Shown one piece after another: positions 13,339 through 26,700 of a DNA stretch of 64,000 nucleotides. The stretch lies in contig OZ059896.1 in the NCBI GenBank assembly GCA_964057225.1, positions 20,274,001 through 20,338,000 on the forward strand, in the 5' to 3' direction. The notes under the pieces are model-generated. The model saw nothing but the letters and a program-made list of their open reading frames with translations. It was not told where the DNA came from and searched no databases. Origin of the DNA: Auanema rhodensis. Taxonomy: Eukaryota > Animalia > Nematoda. Position numbers and translations under genes: made by a program. Within the stretch, counting starts at the first letter, position 1; each line of letters opens with the position of its first letter.

Positions 13339-16300
13339 TTTAAGCTAGCGCAAATCTGATAACACAGATCGACGCAGCTTAAAAATCCGCATCGAATGCA
13401 CTATACTACATTGAGAAACGCTTAATACAAAAATTAGTTATGATCGTTTGAAAAATGATGCATTAGTGTATGTTGAGTTTCCATGTACACTCAACATTGC
13501 TTCCAAAAACATTTTGACAAAAATTTTTTCGAAAAATTTCGAAATAATTTAGCAAAAAGTAGATGTTTTTAAATTCCTTTATTCAAGGCAGAGACGATGG
13601 ACAATGTTATTCAACGAAAAAATTAATTCTTTAGGGTGAAAATCGAGGATATAAGTGTGAACTTATATCAGTTGATATCTTGGTGCATTTTTAAGCTAGC
13701 GCAAATCTGATAACACAGATCGACGCAGCTTAAAAATCCGCATCGAATGCACTATACTACATTGAAAAACGCTTAATACAAAAATTAGTTATGATCGTTT
13801 GAAAAATGATGCATTAGTGTATGTTGAGTTTCCATGTACACTCAACATTGCTTCCAAAAACATTTTGACAAAAATTTTTTCGAAAAATTTCAAAATAATT
13901 TAGCAAAAAGTAGATGTTTTTAGATTCCATTTTTCAAGGCAAAGACGATGGAGAGTGTTATTCAACGAAAAAATTAATTCTTCAGGGTGAAAATCGAGGA
14001 TATAAGTGTGAACTTATATCAGTTGATATCTCGGTGCATTTTTAAGCTAGCGCAAATCTGATAACACAGATCGACGCAGCTTAAAAATCCGCATTGAATG
14101 CACTATACTACATTGAGAAACGCTTAATACAAAAATTAGTTATGATCGTTTGAAAAATGATGCATTAGTGTATGTTGAGTTTCCATGTACACTCAACATT
14201 GCTTCCAAAAACATTTTGACAAAAATTTTTTCGAAAAATTTCGAAATAATTTAGCAAAAAGTAGATGTTTTTAGATTCCTTTATTCAAGGCAAAGACGAT
14301 GGACAATGTTATTCAACGAAAAAATTAATTCTTTAGGGTGAAAATCGAGGATATAAGTGTGAACTTATATCAGTTGATATCTTGGTGCATTTTTAAGCTA
14401 GCGCAAATCTGATAACACAGATCGACGCAGCTTAAAAATCCGCATCGAATGCACTATACTACATTGAGAAACGCTTAATACAAAAATTAGTTATGATCGT
14501 TTGAAAAATGATGCATTAGTGTATGTTGAGTTTCCATGTACACTCAACATTGCTTCCAAAAACATTTTGACAAAAATTTTTTCGAAAAATTTCGAAATAA
14601 TTTAGCAAAAAGTAGATGTTTTTAAATTCCTTTATTCAAGGCAAAGACGATGGACAATGTTATTCAACGAAAAAATTAATTCTTTAGGGTGAAAATCGAG
14701 GATATAAGTGTGAACTTATATCAGTTGATATCTTGGTGCATTTTTAAGCTAGCGCAAATCTGATAACACAGATCGACGCAGCTTAAAAATCCGCATCGAA
14801 TGCACTATACTACATTGAAAAACGCTTAATACAAAAATTAGTTATGATCGTTTGAAAAATGATGCATTAGTGTATGTTGAGTTTCCATGTACACTCAACA
14901 TTGCTTCCAAAAACATTTTGACAAAAATTTTTTCGAAAAATTTCAAAATAATTTAGCAAAAAGTAGATGTTTTTAGATTCCATTTTTCAAGGCAAAGACG
15001 ATGGACAGTGTTATTCAACGAAAAAATTAATTCTTTAGGGTGAAAATCGAGGATATAAGTGTGAACTTATATCAGTTGATATCTTGGTGCATTTTTAAGC
15101 TAGCGCAAATCTGATAACACAGATCGACGCAGCTTAAAAATCCGCATCGAATGCACTATACTACATTGAAAAACGCTTAATACAAAAATTAGTTATGATC
15201 GTTTGAAAAATGATGCATTAGTGTATGTTGAGTTTCCATGTACACTCAACATTGCTTCCAAAAACATTTTGACAAAAATTTTTTCGAAAAATTTCGAAAT
15301 AATTTAGCAAAAAGTAGATGTTTTTAAATTCCTTTATTCAAGGCAGAGACGATGGACAATGTTATTCAACGAAAAAATTAATTCTTTAGGGTGAAAATCG
15401 AGGATATAAGTGTGAACTTATATCAGTTGATATCTTGGTGCATTTTTAAGCTAGCGCAAATCTGATAACACAGATCGACGCAGCTTAAAAATCCGCATCG
15501 AATGCACTATACTACATTGAAAAACGCTTAATACAAAAATTAGTTATGATCGTTTGAAAAATGATGCATTAGTGTATGTTGAGTTTCCATGTACACTCAA
15601 CATTGCTTCCAAAAACATTTTGACAAAAATTTTTTCGAAAAATTTCAAAATAATTTAGCAAAAAGTAGATGTTTTTAGATTCCATTTTTCAAGGCAAAGA
15701 CGATGGAGAGTGTTATTCAACGAAAAAATTAATTCTTCAGGGTGAAAATCGAGGATATAAGTGTGAACTTATATCAGTTGATATCTCGGTGCATTTTTAA
15801 GCTAGCGCAAATCTGATAACACAGATCGACGCAGCTTAAAAATCCGCATTGAATGCACTATACTACATTGAGAAACGCTTAATACAAAAATTAGTTATGA
15901 TCGTTTGAAAAATGATGCATTAGTGTATGTTGAGTTTCCATGTACACTCAACATTGCTTCCAAAAACATTTTGACAAAAATTTTTTCGAAAAATTTCGAA
16001 ATAATTTAGCAAAAAGTAGATGTTTTTAGATTCCTTTATTCAAGGCAAAGACGATGGACAATGTTATTCAACGAAAAAATTAATTCTTTAGGGTGAAAAT
16101 CGAGGATATAAGTGTGAACTTCTATCAGTTGATATCTTGGTGCATTTTTAAGCTAGCGCAAATCTGATAACACAGATCGACGCAGCTTAAAAATCCGCAT
16201 CGAATGCACTATACTACATTGAGAAACGCTTAATACAAAAATTAGTTATGATCGTTTGAAAAATGATGCATTAGTGTATGTTGAGTTTCCATGTACACTC

Positions 16301-19300
16301 AACATTGCTTCCAAAAACATTTTGACAAAAATTTTTTCGAAAAATTTCGAAATAATTTAGCAAAAAGTAGATGTTTTTAAATTCCTTTATTCAAGGCAAA
16401 GACGATGGACAATGTTATTCAACGAAAAAATTAATTCTTTAGGGTGAAAATCGAGGATATAAGTGTGAACTTATATCAGTTGATATCTTGGTGCATTTTT
16501 AAGCTAGCGCAAATCTGATAACACAGATCGACGCAGCTTAAAAATCCGCATCGAATGCACTATACTACATTGAAAAACGCTTAATACAAAAATTAGTTAT
16601 GATCGTTTGAAAAATGATGCATTAGTGTATGTTGAGTTTCCATGTACACTCAACATTGCTTCCAAAAACATTTTGACAAAAATTTTTTCGAAAAATTTCA
16701 AAATAATTTAGCAAAAAGTAGATGTTTTTAGATTCCATTTTTCAAGGCAAAGACGATGGACAGTGTTATTCAACGAAAAAATTAATTCTTTAGGGTGAAA
16801 ATCGAGGATATAAGTGTGAACTTATATCAGTTGATATCTTGGTGCATTTTTAAGCTAGCGCAAATCTGATAACACAGATCGACGCAGCTTAAAAATCCGC
16901 ATCGAATGCACTATACTACATTGAAAAACGCTTAATACAAAAATTAGTTATGATCGTTTGAAAAATGATGCATTAGTGTATGTTGAGTTTCCATGTACAC
17001 TCAACATTGCTTCCAAAAACATTTTGACAAAAATTTTTTCGAAAAATTTCGAAATAATTTAGCAAAAAGTAGATGTTTTTAAATTCCTTTATTCAAGGCA
17101 GAGACGATGGACAATGTTATTCAACGAAAAAATTAATTCTTTAGGGTGAAAATCGAGGATATAAGTGTGAACTTATATCAGTTGATATCTTGGTGCATTT
17201 TTAAGCTAGCGCAAATCTGATAACACAGATCGACGCAGCTTAAAAATCCGCATCGAATGCACTATACTACATTGAGAAACGCTTAATACAAAAATTAGTT
17301 ATGATCGTTTGAAAAATGATGCATTAGTGTATGTTGAGTTTCCATGTACACTCAACATTGCTTCCAAAAACATTTTGACAAAAATTTTTTCGAAAAATTT
17401 CGAAATAATTTAGCAAAAAGTAGATGTTTTTAAATTCCTTTATTCAAGGCAAAGACGATGGACAATGTTATTCAACGAAAAAATTAATTCTTTAGGGTGA
17501 AAATCGAGGATATAAGTGTGAACTTCTATCAGTTGATATCTTGGTGCATTTTTAAGCTAGCGCAAATCTGATAACACAGATCGACGCAGCTTAAAAATCC
17601 GCATCGAATGCACTATACTACATTGAGAAACGCTTAATACAAAAATTAGTTATGATCGTTTGAAAAATGATGCATTAGTGTATGTTGAGTTTCCATGTAC
17701 ACTCAACATTGCTTCCAAAAACATTTTGACAAAAATTTTTTCGAAAAATTTCGAAATAATTTAGCAAAAAGTAGATGTTTTTAAATTCCTTTATTCAAGG
17801 CAAAGACGATGGACAATGTTATTCAACGAAAAAATTAATTCTTTAGGGTGAAAATCGAGGATATAAGTGTGAACTTATATCAGTTGATATCTTGGTGCAT
17901 TTTTAAGCTAGCGCAAATCTGATAACACAGATCGACGCAGCTTAAAAATCCGCATCGAATGCACTATACTACATTGAGAAACGCTTAATACAAAAATTAG
18001 TTATGATCGTTTGAAAAATGATGCATTAGTGTATGTTGAGTTTCCATGTACACTCAACATTGCTTCCAAAAACATTTTGACAAAAATTTTTTCGAAAAAT
18101 TTCGAAATAATTTAGCAAAAAGTAGATGTTTTTAAATTCCTTTATTCAAGGCAGAGACGATGGACAATGTTATTCAACGAAAAAATTAATTCTTTAGGGT
18201 GAAAATCGAGGATATAAGTGTGAACTTATATCAGTTGATATCTTGGTGCATTTTTAAGCTAGCGCAAATCTGATAACACAGATCGACGCAGCTTAAAAAT
18301 CCGCATCGAATGCACTATACTACATTGAAAAACGCTTAATACAAAAATTAGTTATGATCGTTTGAAAAATGATGCATTAGTGTATGTTGAGTTTCCATGT
18401 ACACTCAACATTGCTTCCAAAAACATTTTGACAAAAATTTTTTCGAAAAATTTCAAAATAATTTAGCAAAAAGTAGATGTTTTTAGATTCCATTTTTCAA
18501 GGCAAAGACGATGGAGAGTGTTATTCAACGAAAAAATTAATTCTTCAGGGTGAAAATCGAGGATATAAGTGTGAACTTATATCAGTTGATATCTCGGTGC
18601 ATTTTTAAGCTAGCGCAAATCTGATAACACAGATCGACGCAGCTTAAAAATCCGCATTGAATGCACTATACTACATTGAGAAACGCTTAATACAAAAATT
18701 AGTTATGATCGTTTGAAAAATGATGCATTAGTGTATGTTGAGTTTCCATGTACACTCAACATTGCTTCCAAAAACATTTTGACAAAAATTTTTTCGAAAA
18801 ATTTCGAAATAATTTAGCAAAAAGTAGATGTTTTTAGATTCCTTTATTCAAGGCAAAGACGATGGACAATGTTATTCAACGAAAAAATTAATTCTTTAGG
18901 GTGAAAATCGAGGATATAAGTGTGAACTTCTATCAGTTGATATCTTGGTGCATTTTTAAGCTAGCGCAAATCTGATAACACAGATCGACGCAGCTTAAAA
19001 ATCCGCATCGAATGCACTATACTACATTGAGAAACGCTTAATACAAAAATTAGTTATGATCGTTTGAAAAATGATGCATTAGTGTATGTTGAGTTTCCAT
19101 GTACACTCAACATTGCTTCCAAAAACATTTTGACAAAAATTTTTTCGAAAAATTTCGAAATAATTTAGCAAAAAGTAGATGTTTTTAAATTCCTTTATTC
19201 AAGGCAAAGACGATGGACAATGTTATTCAACGAAAAAATTAATTCTTTAGGGTGAAAATCGAGGATATAAGTGTGAACTTATATCAGTTGATATCTTGGT

Positions 19301-20709
19301 GCATTTTTAAGCTAGCGCAAATCTGATAACACAGATCGACGCAGCTTAAAAATCCGCATCGAATGCACTATACTACATTGAAAAACGCTTAATACAAAAA
19401 TTAGTTATGATCGTTTGAAAAATGATGCATTAGTGTATGTTGAGTTTCCATGTACACTCAACATTGCTTCCAAAAACATTTTGACAAAAATTTTTTCGAA
19501 AAATTTCAAAATAATTTAGCAAAAAGTAGATGTTTTTAGATTCCATTTTTCAAGGCAAAGACGATGGACAGTGTTATTCAACGAAAAAATTAATTCTTTA
19601 GGGTGAAAATCGAGGATATAAGTGTGAACTTATATCAGTTGATATCTTGGTGCATTTTTAAGCTAGCGCAAATCTGATAACACAGATCGACGCAGCTTAA
19701 AAATCCGCATCGAATGCACTATACTACATTGAAAAACGCTTAATACAAAAATTAGTTATGATCGTTTGAAAAATGATGCATTAGTGTATGTTGAGTTTCC
19801 ATGTACACTCAACATTGCTTCCAAAAACATTTTGACAAAAATTTTTTCGAAAAATTTCGAAATAATTTAGCAAAAAGTAGATGTTTTTAAATTCCTTTAT
19901 TCAAGGCAGAGACGATGGACAATGTTATTCAACGAAAAAATTAATTCTTTAGGGTGAAAATCGAGGATATAAGTGTGAACTTATATCAGTTGATATCTTG
20001 GTGCATTTTTAAGCTAGCGCAAATCTGATAACACAGATCGACGCAGCTTAAAAATCCGCATCGAATGCACTATACTACATTGAGAAACGCTTAATACAAA
20101 AATTAGTTATGATCGTTTGAAAAATGATGCATTAGTGTATGTTGAGTTTCCATGTACACTCAACATTGCTTCCAAAAACATTTTGACAAAAATTTTTTCG
20201 AAAAATTTCGAAATAATTTAGCAAAAAGTAGATGTTTTTAGATTCCTTTATTCAAGGCAAAGACGATGGACAATGTTATTCAACGAAAAAATTAATTCTT
20301 TAGGGTGAAAATCGAGGATATAAGTGTGAACTTCTATCAGTTGATATCTTGGTGCATTTTTAAGCTAGCGCAAATCTGATAACACAGATCGACGCAGCTT
20401 AAAAATCCGCATCGAATGCACTATACTACATTGAGAAACGCTTAATACAAAAATTAGTTATGATCGTTTGAAAAATGATGCATTAGTGTATGTTGAGTTT
20501 CCATGTACACTCAACATTGCTTCCAAAAACATTTTGACAAAAATTTTTTCGAAAAATTTCGAAATAATTTAGCAAAAAGTAGATGTTTTTAAATTCCTTT
20601 ATTCAAGGCAAAGACGATGGACAATGTTATTCAACGAAAAAATTAATTCTTTAGGGTGAAAATCGAGGATATAAGTGTGAACTTATATCAGTTGATATCT
20701 TGGTGCATT
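13339..20709 (+). repeat. Nested 5-mer (1755 bp) and 8-mer (2808 bp) higher-order duplications; boundaries approximate
   Basis: gcaGagac at 13591, 15346, 17101, 18154, 19909; ggaGagtg at 13953, 15708, 18516; cttCtatc at 16122, 17526, 18930, 20334. Confidence 0.85.
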
Positions 20710-23700
20710 TTTAAGCTAGCGCAAATCTGATAACACAGATCGACGCAGCTTAAAAATCCGCATCGAATGCACTATACTACATTGAAAAACGCTTAATACA
20801 AAAATTAGTTATGATCGTTTGAAAAATGATGCATTAGTGTATGTTGAGTTTCCATGTACACTCAACATTGCTTCCAAAAACATTTTGACAAAAATTTTTT
20901 CGAAAAATTTCAAAATAATTTAGCAAAAAGTAGATGTTTTTAGATTCCATTTTTCAAGGCAAAGACGATGGACAGTGTTATTCAACGAAAAAATCAATTC
21001 TTCAGGGTGAAAATCGAGGATATAAGTGTGAACTTATATCAGTTGATATCTCGGTGCATTTTTAAGCTAGCGCAAATCTGATAACACAGATCGACGCAGC
21101 TTAAAAATCCGCATTGAATGCACTATACTACATTGAAAAACGCTTAATACAAAAATTAGTTATGATCGTTTGAAAAATGATGCATTAGTGTATGTTGAGT
21201 TTCCATGTACACTCAACATTGCTTCCAAAAACATTTTGACAAAAATTTTTTCGAAAAATTTCAAAATAATTTAGCAAAAAGTAGATGTTTTTAGATTCCA
21301 TTATTCAAGGCAAAGACGATGGACAATGTTATTCAACGAAAAAATTAATTCTTTAGGGTGAAAATCGAGGATATAAGTGTGAACTTCTATCAGTTGATAT
21401 CTTGGTGCATTTTTAAGCTAGCGCAAATCTGATAACACAGATCGACGCAGCTTAAAAATCCGCATCGAATGCACTATACTACATTGAGAAACGCTTAATA
21501 CAAAAATTAGTTATGATCGTTTGAAAAATGATGCATTAGTGTATGTTGAGTTTCCATGTACACTCAACATTGCTTCCAAAAACATTTTGACAAAAATTTT
21601 TTCGAAAAATTTCGAAATAATTTAGCAAAAAGTAGATGTTTTTAAATTCCTTTATTCAAGGCAAAGACGATGGACAATGTTATTCAACGAAAAAATTAAT
21701 TCTTTAGGGTGAAAATCGAGGATATAAGTGTGAACTTATATCAGTTGATATCTTGGTGCATTTTTAAGCTAGCGCAAATCTGATAACACAGATCGACGCA
21801 GCTTAAAAATCCGCATCGAATGCACTATACTACATTGAAAAACGCTTAATACAAAAATTAGTTATGATCGTTTGAAAAATGATGCATTAGTGTATGTTGA
21901 GTTTCCATGTACACTCAACATTGCTTCCAAAAACATTTTGACAAAAATTTTTTCGAAAAATTTCAAAATAATTTAGCAAAAAGTAGATGTTTTTAGATTC
22001 CATTTTTCAAGGCAAAGACGATGGACAGTGTTATTCAACGAAAAAATCAATTCTTCAGGGTGAAAATCGAGGATATAAGTGTGAACTTATATCAGTTGAT
22101 ATCTCGGTGCATTTTTAAGCTAGCGCAAATCTGATAACACAGATCGACGCAGCTTAAAAATCCGCATTGAATGCACTATACTACATTGAGAAACGCTTAA
22201 TACAAAAATTAGTTATGATCGTTTGAAAAATGATGCATTAGTGTATGTTGAGTTTCCATGTACACTCAACATTGCTTCCAAAAACATTTTGACAAAAATT
22301 TTTTCGAAAAATTTCAAAATAATTTAGCAAAAAGTAGATGTTTTTAGATTCCTTCATTCAAGGCAAAGACGATGGACAATGTTATTCAACGAAAAAATTA
22401 ATTCTTCAGGGTGAAAATCGAGGATATAAGTGTGAACTTATATCAGTTGATATCTCGGTGCATTTTTAAGCTAGCGCAAATCTGATAACACAGATCGACG
22501 CAGCTTAAAAATCCGCATCGAATGCACTATACTACATTGAGAAACGCTTAATACAAAAATTAGTTATGATCGTTTGAAAAATGATGCATTAGTGTATGTT
22601 GAGTTTCCATGTACACTCAACATTGCTTCCAAAAACATTTTGACAAAAATTTTTTCCAAAAATTTCAAAATAATTTAGCAAAAAGTAGATGTTTTTAGAT
22701 TCCTTTATTCAAGGCAAAGACGATGGACAATGTTATTCAACGAAAAAATTAATTCTTCAGGGTGAAAATCGAGGATATAAGTGTGAACTTATATCAGTTG
22801 ATATCTCGGTGCATTTTTAAGCTAGCGCAAATCTGATAACACAGATCGACGCAGCTTAACAATCCGCATCGAATGCACTATACTACATTGAGAAACGCTT
22901 AATACAAAAATTAGTTATGATCGTTTGAAAAATGATGCATTAGTGTATGTTGAGTTTCCATGTACACTCAACATTGCTTCCAAAAACATTTTGACAAAAA
23001 TTTTTTCGAAAAATTTCAAAATAATTTAGCAAAAAGTAGATGTTTTTAGATTCCATTTTTCAAGGCAAAGACGATGGACAGTGTTATTCAACGAAAAAAT
23101 TAATTCTTCAGGGTGAAAATCGAGGATATAAGTGTGAACTTATATCAGTTGATATCTCGGTGCATTTTTAAGCTAGCGCAAATCTGATAACACAGATCGA
23201 CGCAGCTTAAAAATCCGCATTGAATGCACTATACTACATTGAGAAACGCTTAATACAAAAATTAGTTGTGATCGTTTGAAAAATGATGCATTAGTGTATG
23301 TTGAGTTTCCATGTACACTCAACATTGCTTCCAAAAACATTTTGACAAAAATTTTTTCGAAAAATTTCGAAATAATTTAGCAAAAAGTAGATGTTTTTAA
23401 ATTCCTTTATTCAAGGCAAAGACGATGGACAATGTTATTCAACGAAAAAATTAATTCTTTAGGGTGAAAATCGAGGATATAAGTGTGAACTTATATCAGT
23501 TGATATCTTGTTGCATTTTTAAGCTAGCGCAAATCTGATAACACAGATCGACGCAGCTTAAAAATCCGCATCGAATGCACTATACTACATTGAAAAACGC
23601 TTAATACAAAAATTAGTTATGATCGTTTGAAAAATGATGCATTAGTGTATGTTCAGTTTCCATGTACACTCAACATTGCTTCCAAAAACATTTTGACAAA

Positions 23701-26700
23701 AATTTTTTCGAAAAATTTCAAAATAATTTAGCAAAAAGTAGATGTTTTTAGATTCCATTTTTCAAGGCAAAGACGATGGACAGTGTTATTCAACGAAAAA
23801 ATTAATTCTTCAGGGTGAAAATCGAGGATGTAAGTGTGAACTTATATCAGTTGATATCTCGGTGCATTTTTAAGCTAGCGCAAATCTGATAACACAGATC
23901 GACGCAGCTTAAAAATCCGCATTGAATGCACTATACTACATTGAGAAACGCTTAATACAAAAATTAGTTATGATCGTTTGAAAAATGATGCATTAGTGTA
24001 TGTTGAGTTTCCATGTACACTCAACATTGCTTCCAAAAACATTTTGACAAAAATTTTTTCGAAAAATTTCGAAATAATTTAGCAAAAAGTAGATGTTTTT
24101 AGATTCCTTTATTCAAGGCAAAGACGATGGACAATGTTATTCAACGAAAAAATTAATTCTTTAGGGTGAAAATCGAGGATATAAGTGTGAACTTATATCA
24201 GTTGATATCTTGGTGCATTTTTAAGCTAGCGCAAATCTGATAACACAGATCGACGCAGCTTAAAAATCCGCATCGAATGCACTATACTACATTAAAAAAC
24301 GCTTAATACAAAAATTAGTTATGATCGTTTGAAAAATGATGCATTAGTGTATGTTGAGTTTCCATGTACACTCAACATTGCTTTCAAAAACATTTTGACA
24401 AAAATTTTTTCGAAAAATTTCAAAATAATTTAGCAAAAAGTAGATGTTTTTAGATTCCATTTTTCAAGGCAAAGACGATGGACAGTGTTATTCAACGAAA
24501 AAATTAATTCTTCAGGGTGAAAATCGAGGATGTAAGTGTGAACTTATATCAGTTGATATCTCGGTGCATTTTTAAGCTAGCGCAAATCTGATAACACAGA
24601 TCGACGCAGCTTAAAAATCCGCATTGAATGCACTATACTACATTGAGAAACGCTTAATACAAAAATTAGTTATGATCGTTTGAAAAATGATGCATTAGTG
24701 TATGTTGAGTTTCCATGTACACTCAACATTGCTTCCAAAAACATTTTGACAAAAATTTTTTCGAAAAATTTCGAAATAATTTAGCAAAAAGTAGATGTTT
24801 TTAGATTCCTTTATTCAAGGCAAAGACGATGGACAATGTTATTCAACGAAAAAATTAATTCTTTAGGGTGAAAATCGAGGATATAAGTGTGAACTTATAT
24901 CAGTTGATATCTTGGTGCATTTTTAAGCTAGCGCAAATCTGATAACACAGATCGACGCAGCTTAAAAATCCGCATCGAATGCACTATACTACATTGAGAA
25001 ACGCTTAATACAAAAATTAGTTATGATCGTTTGAAAAATGATGCATTAGTGTATGTTGAGTTTCCATGTACACTCAACATTGCTTCCAAAAACATTTTGA
25101 CAAAAATTTTTTCGAAAAATTTCGAAATAATTTAGCAAAAAGTAGATGTTTTTAAATTCCTTTATTCAAGGCAAAGACGATGGACAATGTTATTCAACGA
25201 AAAAATTAATTCTTTAGGGTGAAAATCGAGGATATAAGTGTGAACTTATATCAGTTGATATCTTGGTGCATTTTTAAGCTAGCGCAAATCTGATAACACA
25301 GATCGACGCAGCTTAAAAATCCGCATCGAATGCACTATACTACATTGAGAAACGCTTAATACAAAAATTAGTTATGATCGTTTGAAAAATGATGCATTAG
25401 TGTATGTTGAGTTTCCATGTACACTCAACATTGCTTCCAAAAACATTTTGACAAAAATTTTTTCGAAAAATTTCGAAATAATTTAGCAAAAAGTAGATGT
25501 TTTTAAATTCCTTTATTCAAGGCAAAGACGATGGACAATGTTATTCAACGAAAAAATTATTCCTTCAGGGTGAAAATCGAGGATATAAGTGTGAACTTAT
25601 ATCAGTTGATATCTCGGTGCATTTTTAAGCTAGCGCAAATCTGATAACAGAGATCGACGCAGCTTAAAAATCCGCATCGAATGCACTATACTACATTGAG
25701 AAACGCTTAATACAAAAATTAGTTATGATCGTTTGAAAAATGATGCATTAGTGTATGTTGAGTTTCCATGTACACTCAACATTGCTTCCAAAAACATTTT
25801 GACAAAATTTTTTCGAAAAATTTCGAAATAATTTAGCAAAAAGTAGATGTTTTTAGATTCCTTTATTCAAGGCAAAGACGATGGACAATGTTATTCAACG
25901 AAAAAATTAATTCTTTAGGGTGAAAATCGAGGATATAAGTGTGAACTTATATCAGTTGATATCTTGGTGCATTTTTAAGCTAGCGCAAATCTGATAACAC
26001 AGATCGACGCAGCTTAAAAATCCGCATCGAATGCACTATACTACATTGAAAAACGCTTAATACAAAAATTAGTTATGATCGTTTGAAAAATGATGCATTA
26101 GTGTATGTTGAGTTTCCATGTACACTCAACATTGCTTCCAAAAACATTTTGACAAAAATTTTTTCGAAAAATTTCAAAATAATTTAGCAAAAAGTAGATG
26201 TTTTTAGATTCCTTTTTTCAAGGCAAAGACGATGGACAATGTTATTCAACGAAAAAATTATTCCTTCAGGGTGAAAATCGAGGATATAAGTGTGAACTTA
26301 TATCAGTTGATATCTCGGTGCATTTTTAAGCTAGCGCAAATCTGATAACAGAGATCGACGCAGCTTAAAAATCCGCATCGAATGCACTATACTACATTGA
26401 GAAACGCTTAATACAAAAATTAGTTATGATCGTTTGAAAAATGATGCATTAGTGTATGTTGAGTTTCCATGTACACTCAACATTGCTTCCAAAAACATTT
26501 TGACAAAAATTTTTTCGAAAAATTTCAAAATAATTTAGCAAAAAGTAGATGTTTTTAGATTCCTTTATTCAAGGCAAAGACGATGGACAATGTTATTCAA
26601 CGAAAAAATTAATTCTTTAGGGTGAAAATCGAGGATATAAGTGTGAACTTATATCAGTTGATATCTTGGTGCATTTTTAAGCTAGCGCAAATCTGATAAC

